Assembly: GCA_947445855.1 (NCBI GenBank)
Contig: CANFEH010000001.1
Span: forward strand, 1 to 51,457
Direction: 5' to 3'
DNA: 51,457 bases
From: Zetaproteobacteria bacterium
Lineage (GTDB): Bacteria > Bdellovibrionota_B > Oligoflexia > Oligoflexales > Bog-1112
Part shown: piece after piece, positions 35,537-44,475 of the stretch
How positions within the stretch are numbered: the stretch's first letter is position 1
How the letters are laid out: the number at the start of each line of letters is the position of its first letter
Position numbers and translations under genes: made by a program
The notes under the pieces: model-generated
Seen by the model: the letters and a program-made list of their open reading frames with translations, nothing else
Told to the model about the DNA's origin: nothing
Database searches by the model: none

Positions 35537-36307
35537 ATGAGATATATCCTTTGTTTATTGTTACTGTTGAATCAGGCAGCCTATGCAAGGCTTGATTTGG
35601 ACTCTGGAGACAAGAAGGAGAATACCTACGCAGACCCTACTAATATACCACCTAGAAGTTTAGGGTTTTTTTCCCTTGATATTGGTATCTCTTATTTCTA
35701 TTTGACAAATGAAAAAGTGCGCGATGGTCTTAAAAAGTATTATGGTGCTGTGAATTTACTTCCAGTTGTGAGAGGGGCTTACTTTTTTGACTTAAATCCT
35801 TTTGCTATTGGGATTGGTCTTCAAGTTTCTTATATGAAAAAAAGGGCAAATAGTTTTTTAGATAAGAATGCAACAACTAGAAGTAATGGTACAGAGGTTC
35901 TTGTTTATCTTCCTTACCAATTTTTTTTAGACTTTAAGTACTCCCCTTTTAACTCTTTTCTTGTGCTTGACACTTGGGTTGGGTATGAAGAGGCTTTTGT
36001 TCAAAGCAGAAGATCTTGCAGTAGTGCTTGTAATTCAGATGGGAAGGCTTGGATTTCTGAGTTTGGAAAATACTGGAACTCATATCTTGTGATAGGTGGA
36101 AGTGTTGGGTTTTCTCTTAAAGGTTTAACAAGAAACTCTGCGCGTTCAGAACGTGGATTTTTAGAGCCTAAAAATATTTTGATAAAACTTTTTTATGAAC
36201 ACGATATTAATCTTGAAATGGATAAACTTATAGGAGGAAGAAAGGTCACATCAGTTCTAGACATGGCAAAAGGTCATGGTGGACTTTCTTTTTCCTTTGA
36301 AATTTGA
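35537..36307 (+). CDS. hypothetical outer-membrane beta-barrel-like protein
   Basis: Signal peptide MRYILCLLLLLNQAAYA. Alternating hydrophobic pattern. C-terminal GGLSFSFEI. Confidence 0.45.
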   Translation: MRYILCLLLLLNQAAYARLDLDSGDKKENTYADPTNIPPRSLGFFSLDIGISYFYLTNEKVRDGLKKYYGAVNLLPVVRGAYFFDLNPFAIGIGLQVSYMKKRANSFLDKNATTRSNGTEVLVYLPYQFFLDFKYSPFNSFLVLDTWVGYEEAFVQSRRSCSSACNSDGKAWISEFGKYWNSYLVIGGSVGFSLKGLTRNSARSERGFLEPKNILIKLFYEHDINLEMDKLIGGRKVTSVLDMAKGHGGLSFSFEI

Positions 36308-37131
36308 TGGAAAAAATGACAATAAACCCTTCTTCTTACACATACCTGATTGATATTTCTTACATTGGAAAAGACTTCAATGGCTTTCAATCTCAGTCTG
36401 ATAGAAATGGCATTCAAGATCATATAGAAAAAGCGATAAGTACACTTTTGCGTAAAAAAGTTAAAGTTAAAGGAGCTTCAAGAACAGATCGTGGAGTTCA
36501 TGCTTTTTCTCAAAAAGCTGTATTTGTTTTGGGTGAAGTTCTAGATACATTTAGATTTTTAAGAAGTGTGAATGCAATCCTAACAAACGGCATTTCTATA
36601 AAAAGTGTAACAGAAATTGAAGCAAATTTTGATCCTATCAAAAGAGCCCAAGCAAAAGTTTATCGATACAGTATTTGGTTTGGTTATTGTTATGACCCTT
36701 TTATTTCTCCTTTTGTTTGGGAAATTCCAAGAATAGCAGATAGAAAGCTTTTTGAAAAAGAGCTCAAGCTTTTTGAAGGAACCCATGACTTTACTTCTTT
36801 TTGCAACACAGATAGTTCTGCAAAAACAAAAACGAGAACAATTCTGAAGACTCATGTGGAAAGTTATGAAAACTCATGTGATCTTTGGATTTTGGGAGAA
36901 GGCTTTTTAAAGCAAATGATTCGCATTATTGCTGGAACTTTAGTAGAACGTTCTCTTGATAAAAAAGAGATCCCCACAATTCCTGAGCTCTTAAAACTAA
37001 AAGATCGTGTACGTTCTGGACAAACAGCTCCCGGAAAAGCTTTAAGTCTTGTGGAAATTTTCTATAAAGATCCTCCAGAGCTTTTGTCTTATATAGAAGA
37101 AAAGAAGAAGAAAGCTTTTCTTTATCGTTAG
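36307..37131 (+). CDS. truA: tRNA pseudouridine(38-40) synthase
   Basis: ISYIGKDFNGFQSQ and GASRTDRGVHA (catalytic Asp motif). Confidence 0.85.
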   Translation: MEKMTINPSSYTYLIDISYIGKDFNGFQSQSDRNGIQDHIEKAISTLLRKKVKVKGASRTDRGVHAFSQKAVFVLGEVLDTFRFLRSVNAILTNGISIKSVTEIEANFDPIKRAQAKVYRYSIWFGYCYDPFISPFVWEIPRIADRKLFEKELKLFEGTHDFTSFCNTDSSAKTKTRTILKTHVESYENSCDLWILGEGFLKQMIRIIAGTLVERSLDKKEIPTIPELLKLKDRVRSGQTAPGKALSLVEIFYKDPPELLSYIEEKKKKAFLYR

Positions 37132-37169
37132 CTAGTTAATCCAAGAGGATTTTTTGAGGTTTTGTTTTA

Positions 37170-37847
37170 GTGAAAAATATTTTTTCTATTTTACTTTTAA
37201 TTTGGGTTTGTTCTGGTTGTCAAACTTTTGATTCACGAAGAATGATAACTCCTTCGAAGGATGAAAAAACTTATTTTTCTGAGTGCGAAAAAAATGGAGG
37301 TTTTGCACAAGCAGAAGTGATTCTCCGTAATAAATTGCGCTATCAAGGTGACTTTGAATGGGATATTAAAGGTAAAAATTTATATTCTTTTTCTCTTCTT
37401 AGTCCTTTTGGAGAATCTATTTTTAAAGCTGAAAAAAAAGACAATTTGATTTCTATAAAAGATTCTCATCGGGATCAAAACTTTCAGCTAAGAGTAGATG
37501 AAAATGATTTTCTTTATGTGAATAATCACTGGATTGCTCTTAAGTCGTCTGAGTTTAGTTGTTTTTTAGGAAGGAAGTTTTCTTCTGCTTGGCTCGAACT
37601 TCCTTTTTACTCTCTCAAAAACAAGAAAGAATATGTGATACTTGATGGGAAAAGACGTATACTTCTTAAGTTTCCAGAAAATAAAGACGATTTCACATGT
37701 GCTGAGATTTCATGGCAGAGTTTTTGGATTTTTAAAGTCTCTCGAATTCACATCTGTTTCAAACAAACTCCAGTGAAGACTTCATCTCTCAAGCTTGATG
37801 ATAGTTTCCAACTGGAGATAGAGGATGTTTATGGAGAAGGAATTTAA
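37170..37847 (+). CDS. lipoprotein, possibly LolB-like
   Basis: Lipobox VCSGC (GTG start). GGFAQAEVILRNKLRYQGDFEWD..FSLLSPFGESIF loosely resembles the LolB core. Weak. Confidence 0.4.
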   Translation: MKNIFSILLLIWVCSGCQTFDSRRMITPSKDEKTYFSECEKNGGFAQAEVILRNKLRYQGDFEWDIKGKNLYSFSLLSPFGESIFKAEKKDNLISIKDSHRDQNFQLRVDENDFLYVNNHWIALKSSEFSCFLGRKFSSAWLELPFYSLKNKKEYVILDGKRRILLKFPENKDDFTCAEISWQSFWIFKVSRIHICFKQTPVKTSSLKLDDSFQLEIEDVYGEGI

Positions 37848-37851
37848 TCCC

Positions 37852-38835
37852 ATGGCAGAAAACATTTTGGAAGTAGAAAATCTTGAAATCAGTTATCCTT
37901 CTTCTTTCTCAGAAGAGGCTGTGGTTCGAGAGATCTTTTTTCAGATTAAACAAGGAGAAGTTGTTGCTCTTGTCGGAGAGTCTGGGTCTGGTAAAACTCA
38001 AGTTTCTCTTTCTATTATTCGTCTTCTTGCAGATGAAGCTAGAGTAGCAGGGAAAATTCTTCTAGCTGAAAGAGGGGATCTTCTTTTATTGACAGAAAAG
38101 CAGATGAATAAAATTCGTGGAAAAGATATCTCCATGATTTTTCAAGAGCCTATGACAGCTCTCAACCCAGTTTTTACAATTGGTTTTCAAATTGTGGAAG
38201 CTCTTAGAGCACACAAAAGTTATTCTAAAAAAGAAGCGAGAGAACAGGCTCTTTATCTTCTAAAACAAGTAAAAATTCCAAACCCAGAGACTCGGTTAGA
38301 TGAGTACCCGCATGAACTTTCAGGGGGAATGCGCCAAAGGGTTTTAATTGCTATTGCCCTAGCTTCTCAACCAAAACTTTTGATTGCTGATGAGCCTACA
38401 ACAGCTCTTGATGTGACGACTCAAGCAGAAATACTAGACCTCCTAAGAGAGCTGCAAAAAAAATCAAAAATTTCTATTTTATTCATTACCCATAATCTTG
38501 GAGTTGTAGCTGAACTGTGTGATTCTGTTCTTGTAATGTATCGAGGAAAAATTGTGGAACAAGGAAGTGTTAAAGCTATTTTCGAAAAGCCTTCTCATCC
38601 TTACACAAAGCTTCTTATGAATTCTGTTCCAAGGCTTGGTGAGAAACTAAGAGTTCAAGAACTGCCTCCTTCTTTTCAAAACAAAATTTCTGAAAATGCC
38701 TGTATTTTTTTTGAACGTTGTTCTTTTAGAGATCAGGATATTTGTGGTTCAAGTGAGCCGCAGTTTAAAGTTTTATCTGAGGAACATAAGTCAGCTTGCT
38801 TCTTTCCAGAAAAAGTTGGAGAAAAAAAGTTATGA
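37852..38835 (+). CDS. oligopeptide/dipeptide ABC transporter ATP-binding protein (OppD/DppD-like)
   Basis: Walker A GESGSGKT, signature LSGGMRQR, Walker B LLIADEPTT, and a C-terminal Cys-containing Opp-type extension. I chose ATG 37852 (MAENILEVENL) because GGAGAAGG lies upstream. Confidence 0.85.
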   Translation: MAENILEVENLEISYPSSFSEEAVVREIFFQIKQGEVVALVGESGSGKTQVSLSIIRLLADEARVAGKILLAERGDLLLLTEKQMNKIRGKDISMIFQEPMTALNPVFTIGFQIVEALRAHKSYSKKEAREQALYLLKQVKIPNPETRLDEYPHELSGGMRQRVLIAIALASQPKLLIADEPTTALDVTTQAEILDLLRELQKKSKISILFITHNLGVVAELCDSVLVMYRGKIVEQGSVKAIFEKPSHPYTKLLMNSVPRLGEKLRVQELPPSFQNKISENACIFFERCSFRDQDICGSSEPQFKVLSEEHKSACFFPEKVGEKKL

Positions 38836-39809
38836 AAACACTTTTGAAAGTTTCTTCTCTTTCTAAGTACTACACTGTTAAAGAAGGTTTTTTTCGGAAA
38901 AAAGTATCTATTTTAAAAGCTGTAGATGATGTAAGTTTTGAGATTTTCTCAGGTGAAACATTAGGGCTTGTGGGAGAGTCCGGTTGTGGTAAGTCGACAC
39001 TTGGAAGAACAGTATTAAGGTTAAATGAAGCAACTTCTGGAGATATTTTCTTTAAAGGAATATCTTTAGCCAGTCTTGGTGGTGGGGATCTGAGGAAAAT
39101 AAGACGCTCTATGCAAATGATTTTTCAAGACCCATACTCTTCTTTGAACCCTTTTATGACCATAGAAGAAACTCTAAAAGAACCTTTTTATGTGCACTCT
39201 GTAGGAACATCTTCTGAGCAGGATGAGTGTATTCGTTTTCTTTTGGACAAAGTACGGATGCCTCTGTCTTATTTGAAAAGGTATCCAAAAGATTTGTCGG
39301 GTGGTCAAAGACAGCGGATTGCTATTGCAAGAGCTCTTGCTTTGAAACCTGATTTTATCGTTGCAGATGAGCCTGTGAGTGCTCTTGATGTTTCAATTCA
39401 ATCAGAGGTTCTTCAGTTACTTTCTTCTTTTAAAGAAGAATTTGGTTTTTCTTGTCTTTTTATTTCTCATGATTTGGCTGTCGTAGAACAGATTAGTGAT
39501 CGGGTTGCTGTCATGTATTTAGGTTCTCTTGTTGAAATAGCAAGGAAAGAAGATCTGTTCTCATCACCAAAGCACCCTTATACGAAAGCTCTTCTTGAGG
39601 CTGTGCCTAGGCCTGTTTATGATGAAGAGCGCAGGAAAAAATATTTTTCTCTTAAACCATTAGATGAAAAAATGCGTTCTCCTCTTGGCTGTGCTTTCTA
39701 TTCTCGTTGTCCTCTTGCAACAAGAATTTGCTCCGAGGAAAAACCTATGCTAAAAGGTGCTGGCAATAATCCGTTTAATCATAAAGTGGCCTGTCACCAT
39801 GTAACTTAG
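38832..39809 (+). CDS. oligopeptide/dipeptide ABC transporter ATP-binding protein (OppF/DppF-like)
   Basis: Walker A GESGCGKST, signature LSGGQRQR, Walker B FIVADEPVS. ATGA overlap with the upstream ATPase gene. Confidence 0.85.
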   Translation: MKTLLKVSSLSKYYTVKEGFFRKKVSILKAVDDVSFEIFSGETLGLVGESGCGKSTLGRTVLRLNEATSGDIFFKGISLASLGGGDLRKIRRSMQMIFQDPYSSLNPFMTIEETLKEPFYVHSVGTSSEQDECIRFLLDKVRMPLSYLKRYPKDLSGGQRQRIAIARALALKPDFIVADEPVSALDVSIQSEVLQLLSSFKEEFGFSCLFISHDLAVVEQISDRVAVMYLGSLVEIARKEDLFSSPKHPYTKALLEAVPRPVYDEERRKKYFSLKPLDEKMRSPLGCAFYSRCPLATRICSEEKPMLKGAGNNPFNHKVACHHVT

Positions 39810-39836
39810 GGGCTGATACGATCGCCCCTTGCTTTT
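39808..39836 (+). terminator. rho-independent terminator after the ABC ATPase pair
   Basis: GC-rich stem AGGGGC (39808-39813) / GCCCCT (39824-39829), 10-nt loop, then TGCTTTT. Confidence 0.55.
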
Positions 39837-39849
39837 AAAGGGAGAGGCT

Positions 39850-40953
39850 TTGACGACTCAAACATTTAAATTAAAAATTGTTTTAACAGGTGGCGGAACA
39901 GCTGGTCATGTGATGCCTCATTTAGCTCTTTTGCCTGAAATGAAGAAGCGTTCTTGGCATGTTTTTTATATTGGAACAAGCCGTATTGAAAAACATTTAA
40001 TTTCTGAGTGTAGTATTCCTTTTTATACGATTTGTGCAGGGAAGTTACGTCGCTATTTTTCTATAGAAAATTTTTTAGATTTATTTAAGTGCGGGGTTGG
40101 TTTTTTCCAGTCTCTTTATTACCTTCTGCGTTTAAAGCCTGATCTTGTTTTTTCAAAGGGTGGTTATGTAAGTGTGCCTGTTTGTTTAGCGGCAAAGGTG
40201 CTTGGAATTCCTGTGGCAACCCATGAGTCTGATGTGACTCCTGGCCTTGCCAATAAAATTATTATAAAAGTTGCGCATAAGATTTTTTATTCTTTTCCAC
40301 AGAGTAAGAAATACTTACCTAAAGATGCTTTTTATATTCCACTGCCTGTGAGAGCAGAACTTTTTCAAGGTTCTAAGGATCGAGCTCTCAAGTTGTGTGA
40401 TTTTAAGAATGAAGATCTTCGACCTGTTGTTCTTATTATAGGAGGAAGTCAGGGGGCTTCTCGTTTGAACCAAATATTTTTATCTTCGCAAGAAAAATTT
40501 TTAAAAATTTTTCGTGTGATTCATTTGACTGGCAAGGGGAAACAGACAGGCTTAAAAGTTCCATCTTCTTACTATGAAATAGAGTATGCAGGTGAAGAGT
40601 TAAAAGATTTTTTAGCTTTAGCTGATCTTGTTGTGAGTCGTGCTGGGGCGAATAGTATTTTTGAGTTTCAAGCTTTGAATAAGCCAATGGTTTTAATTCC
40701 TCTTTCTCAAGGGTCAAGAGGTGACCAAGTTGTTAATGCTAAAGCCTTTGAAGAAAAAGGATTAGCTCTTGTTCTTGCTGAGAAAGATCTGACAAGTGAG
40801 AGCCTTCTGTTTACTTGTGAGGAAGCTTTACAAGTGTTAGAGATTTTTTCTGAGGTCTCTGCTCTAGAGGCTTCTCAAGAGGCTTTAAAAAATAGAAATA
40901 CTTTTCTTGATCAACTTGCAGGGGTTTGTGTCAAACTTCGTCAGATTGGTTAA
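39850..40953 (+). CDS. murG: UDP-N-acetylglucosamine--N-acetylmuramyl-(pentapeptide) pyrophosphoryl-undecaprenol GlcNAc transferase
   Basis: LTGGGTAGHVMPHLAL motif and GT28-like C-terminal half (GGSQGA..). The track start TTG 39829 lies inside the terminator stem, so I prefer the in-frame TTG 39850. The start is uncertain and there is no nearby ATG. Confidence 0.8.
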   Translation: MTTQTFKLKIVLTGGGTAGHVMPHLALLPEMKKRSWHVFYIGTSRIEKHLISECSIPFYTICAGKLRRYFSIENFLDLFKCGVGFFQSLYYLLRLKPDLVFSKGGYVSVPVCLAAKVLGIPVATHESDVTPGLANKIIIKVAHKIFYSFPQSKKYLPKDAFYIPLPVRAELFQGSKDRALKLCDFKNEDLRPVVLIIGGSQGASRLNQIFLSSQEKFLKIFRVIHLTGKGKQTGLKVPSSYYEIEYAGEELKDFLALADLVVSRAGANSIFEFQALNKPMVLIPLSQGSRGDQVVNAKAFEEKGLALVLAEKDLTSESLLFTCEEALQVLEIFSEVSALEASQEALKNRNTFLDQLAGVCVKLRQIG

Positions 40954-40986
40954 TCATTTAAAAAACTCCCTAAAGGAAAATAAATT

Positions 40987-42432
40987 ATGTCTTCTGATAA
41001 AACTGTTCGTGTTCGTGTTGCTCCCTCTCCGACAGGTGATCCTCATGTAGGTACAGCCTATGTGACCCTTTTTAATTATGTTTTTGCAAAACAAAATGGT
41101 GGGAAACTAATTTTGCGAGTGGAAGATACAGACCAAAATCGTTACCGAAAAGCAAGTGAAGAACGTATTCTAAAGGGACTCAAGTGGCTTGGGCTTCAGT
41201 GTGATGAAGGCCCTGATGTTGGAGGAAGTTATGGGCCTTATAGACAGTCTGAGAGACTTCCTCTTTATAAAAAATATGCTAAAACTTTGCTTGAAAAAGA
41301 AAAAGCTTATCACTGCTTTTGTACACAAGAACGGTTAGCAGAGGCTCGCGAAACTCAGAAAAAAGAAGGTGGACGCTTTGGTTACGATCGCCATTGTCGT
41401 TATCTGGATAAGAGTGAAGTTGAAAAAAAGTTACAAGGAGGAATTTCTTCTGTGATTCGTTTAAAAATGCCAACTGAAGGAGAAGGTAGTTTTATAGATG
41501 AACTGAGAGGTCCTATAACAATTGATTATAACCAACTAGATGATCAAATTCTTATGAAATCAGATGGATTTCCAACGTATCATTTAGCAAATGTTGTAGA
41601 TGATCACGAAATGAAAATAACTCACGTCATCCGTGCTGAAGAATGGATTTCCTCTACTCCAAAACATGTGACTCTTTATGAAGCTTTTGGTTGGGAAAAA
41701 CCTCAATTCATTCATTTGCCTCTTCTTAGAAATACGGATAAATCTAAAATTTCTAAAAGAAAAAATCCTGTGTCTCTTGATTTTTATAGACGCAAAGGAA
41801 TCCTACCAGAGACCATGATTAACTTCTTAGGTCTTATGGGTTGGAGTTTTAAAGCGGAAGAAAGGGAGAAATTTTCCTTAGAAGAAATGGTGTCATCCTT
41901 TAAATTTTCAGATATCAGCTTAGGTGGCCCTGTTTTTGATCAAAAGAAACTCTCTTGGCTTAATCAGCAGTATATTCAAACTATGCCACAAGAAAAATTT
42001 CTAAAGCATTGTAGAGAAGAGATGTTTTCAGAAAGTATTTTAAAAAGCATCTATCCACTCGTGAGAGAGCGCTTAGATTCTTTTGATGAATTTTTTGAAA
42101 AGTTTTCTTTTTTCTTTACACTCGATTTGAAGTACGAAAACCTATCTCTTGTCCCAAAAGAAAAGACAGCAAGTGAGATGAAAACTATTTTCTTAGAACT
42201 TAGTTTGCTTCTAGATGAAATTGACATATGGAGTTTAGCGACAGTGACACAAGTTATGAACTCTTATTTAAAAGACAAGGCTTTGAAGCCTAAAGAGTTC
42301 TATATGCCTCTTCGTCTTATTTTGACAGGAAGACAAGATTCTCCTCCTCTGTTAGAAACCATGGAAGCTCTTGGACGCGATGTAGTTCGCTATAGACTTC
42401 AATGGGTTTGTGATCATATTTTTACTGGTTGA
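40987..42432 (+). CDS. gltX: glutamyl-tRNA synthetase
   Basis: RVAPSPTGDPHVGTA (HIGH region) and KISKRKN (KMSKS region). Confidence 0.9.
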   Translation: MSSDKTVRVRVAPSPTGDPHVGTAYVTLFNYVFAKQNGGKLILRVEDTDQNRYRKASEERILKGLKWLGLQCDEGPDVGGSYGPYRQSERLPLYKKYAKTLLEKEKAYHCFCTQERLAEARETQKKEGGRFGYDRHCRYLDKSEVEKKLQGGISSVIRLKMPTEGEGSFIDELRGPITIDYNQLDDQILMKSDGFPTYHLANVVDDHEMKITHVIRAEEWISSTPKHVTLYEAFGWEKPQFIHLPLLRNTDKSKISKRKNPVSLDFYRRKGILPETMINFLGLMGWSFKAEEREKFSLEEMVSSFKFSDISLGGPVFDQKKLSWLNQQYIQTMPQEKFLKHCREEMFSESILKSIYPLVRERLDSFDEFFEKFSFFFTLDLKYENLSLVPKEKTASEMKTIFLELSLLLDEIDIWSLATVTQVMNSYLKDKALKPKEFYMPLRLILTGRQDSPPLLETMEALGRDVVRYRLQWVCDHIFTG

Positions 42433-42488
42433 ACCTTGTGAGTGTGTTAGTATGTCCTTCTGAAACAACAGGATAGGATGTTTAAATC

Positions 42489-43274
42489 TTGAAAATCAAT
42501 ACATTTAAAGAGGCTTCGTCCTCATCTTTATTGCCAGTTATTTTATCGTGGTTTGTTCATTTGCTTACAGCTTCTTCGGGAGTGTTGGCTTTAATTGGAG
42601 CGCAAGCAGCGTCAGAAAAAAATTTTCGTATTGTTCTTTATGTTCTCGTGTTCACTATTATTATTGATGCTATTGATGGACCTTTAGCTCGTCTTGTTGG
42701 TGTAAGAAAACATACCCCTCATTTTAATGGGGCTTTGCTTGATTATGTCGTAGATTTTGTCACATGGGTTTTCTTGCCTGCTTTTTGTTTGATTCAATCA
42801 AGTTTTTTTACAGAAGAAATGCGATTTATATTAGCTTCTTTTATTGTACTGAGCTCTGGTTACCAATTTTGTTGTGAAGATTTGAAAGCAAATCCTAATT
42901 TCTTCAAACGTTGGCCCTCTGCTTGGAGTATTGTGATCATCTGTCTTTTTACATGGCCTGTGCATGAGAAAATTTTTCTTGCTGTGATCCTACTCTTTAT
43001 TGTCCTTAGTTTTGTACCTATTTATTTTGCTCATTCATTAAGAGTTGATGTGAAATTTACTGGTAAAGAATCCTTTGATCGTTTTCTTGCTAAACTTATG
43101 ATTTTTTCTAGTATTTTCTTTTTACTGGCTCTGCTTGTTTCTGTTTATTTCTATCCGGAGGTGACAAAAGCTTTTTTCTATTTTGAACTCACTTGTGTTA
43201 CATGTTATGGAGCGCTTACAGCAATACATAATATTGTTTTTTACAAAGACTTATATCTTTCATCTAACAAGTAA
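42489..43274 (+). CDS. pcs: phosphatidylcholine synthase-like CDP-alcohol phosphatidyltransferase
   Basis: VHLLTASSGVLALIG, IIDAIDGPLARLVGVRKHTPHFNGALLDYVVDFVTWVFLPAF and LSFVPIYFAH parallel the Sinorhizobium Pcs sequence as I remember it (VHILTASGS.., DGIDGPIARKV.VKEVLPNWSGDTLDNVIDYVTYVLLPAF). TTG start, uncertain. Confidence 0.6.
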   Translation: MKINTFKEASSSSLLPVILSWFVHLLTASSGVLALIGAQAASEKNFRIVLYVLVFTIIIDAIDGPLARLVGVRKHTPHFNGALLDYVVDFVTWVFLPAFCLIQSSFFTEEMRFILASFIVLSSGYQFCCEDLKANPNFFKRWPSAWSIVIICLFTWPVHEKIFLAVILLFIVLSFVPIYFAHSLRVDVKFTGKESFDRFLAKLMIFSSIFFLLALLVSVYFYPEVTKAFFYFELTCVTCYGALTAIHNIVFYKDLYLSSNK

Positions 43275-43276
43275 CT

Positions 43277-44104
43277 TCATTTATTTTTTTTACTTCTTAA
43301 TTCCTTTATCCAAAATTTCAAAAGAAATCCACCAAGCAGTATAAGTGTGAGAGCTCCTGCGATTTGCATCATAAAGAAAACAGTAAAAGAGTAACTATCA
43401 GCATCAGGATTATAGTGAAAGCAAAAGAGAAGAAGTTGTTCCATCACTGTTCCGATTGTTCCTTCTGCAGCTTCAAGAAGAGCGATTTTTAAATCATTAT
43501 GTTTAAAATCAATCCCATAAAGATAGCGCGAAATTTTCCCTTGAGGAGTAAGGAAAGTGAGTAAGGCTGCGTGAGCATATTGTTCAATTTTCGGCTCGTA
43601 TTTATAGAGAAATCCAACTTGCTGAGCGATAGCTTTTATGTTTTTTTCGTCTCCCGTTAAGAAATGCCATCCCTCTTTTGCAGATTGTCTACCATAGTTT
43701 TTAACATAATTATGCTTTTTTGCTTTAGCAAGTTCATGTCCCTCTTTTGGATTCACACTAATTGTGAGAACTTTGTATTCTTTCCCTATACTCCATTCTA
43801 GAGACCTTGCACTCACAGAAAATCCATTGAATACAAGGCTACAAAGTTTTGGACATTGGTAGTATCCAAGAATCAAAATCACAGGTTGTTTCACATCAAA
43901 GTACTGAGAGAGTTTGACCTTATTCCCATTTTCATCTGTAAACTCTAGGTTGTGGATATCAATTTTGCCACCGAGTTTTTCGTCGACTCCAATTCCCTCG
44001 AGACTTCTTGCTGATTCTTTACTATTGGCTTGACTGCGAGGAGGTCCTCCTAGCTTGCAGGAGGAAATAAGAAAAAAAGAAAGAAGAAGAAAACAATTAG
44101 TCAT
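43277..44104 (-). CDS. SCO1/SenC copper chaperone lipoprotein with C-terminal TM helix
   Basis: CPKLC (CxxxC) motif with a conserved His downstream. Lipobox LISSC with the start at ATG 44104, which overlaps the upstream stop (ATGACTAA). Hydrophobic C-terminal segment. Confidence 0.75.
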   Translation of the reverse strand: MTNCFLLLSFFLISSCKLGGPPRSQANSKESARSLEGIGVDEKLGGKIDIHNLEFTDENGNKVKLSQYFDVKQPVILILGYYQCPKLCSLVFNGFSVSARSLEWSIGKEYKVLTISVNPKEGHELAKAKKHNYVKNYGRQSAKEGWHFLTGDEKNIKAIAQQVGFLYKYEPKIEQYAHAALLTFLTPQGKISRYLYGIDFKHNDLKIALLEAAEGTIGTVMEQLLLFCFHYNPDADSYSFTVFFMMQIAGALTLILLGGFLLKFWIKELRSKKNK

Positions 44105-44453
44105 GAGGGACTTCTTCAGAAGAGAATTTTTTAGCATTAAAAATTTCATTGTGGGGAACATAAACATCAGCTTTCCGGAAAAGGACATCAGAAGAAATTA
44201 GTACGATAAAAATTGCAAGAAAAATAAAAGATGAGAAGAATATAACTCTATTCTCAGTAGAGTCAAATTTTAATCCCATAAAATAAAAAACCACAAGAGA
44301 AGCTTTGATTGTAGCGATAAGCATAGCTAGCGGAAAGTTGAAATAACCAAAATCCATATGAGCTGCTGCCACTGTTAATAAAGTGAAGATGAGAAGAGTT
44401 CCAAAAATAATGGAGCAATGTTTTACTGAAAGAATGTGATGATGAGTGTTCAT
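44097..44453 (-). CDS. cytochrome c oxidase subunit IV (bacterial CtaF/CyoD-like)
   Basis: About 118 aa with three hydrophobic helices (IIFGTLLIFTLLTVAAAH, FPLAMLIATIKASLVVFYFMGL). I chose the start at MNTHHH (44453). Confidence 0.65.
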   Translation of the reverse strand: MNTHHHILSVKHCSIIFGTLLIFTLLTVAAAHMDFGYFNFPLAMLIATIKASLVVFYFMGLKFDSTENRVIFFSSFIFLAIFIVLISSDVLFRKADVYVPHNEIFNAKKFSSEEVPHD

Positions 44454-44475
44454 AGTTTGTATTATCCTTTTTTCA

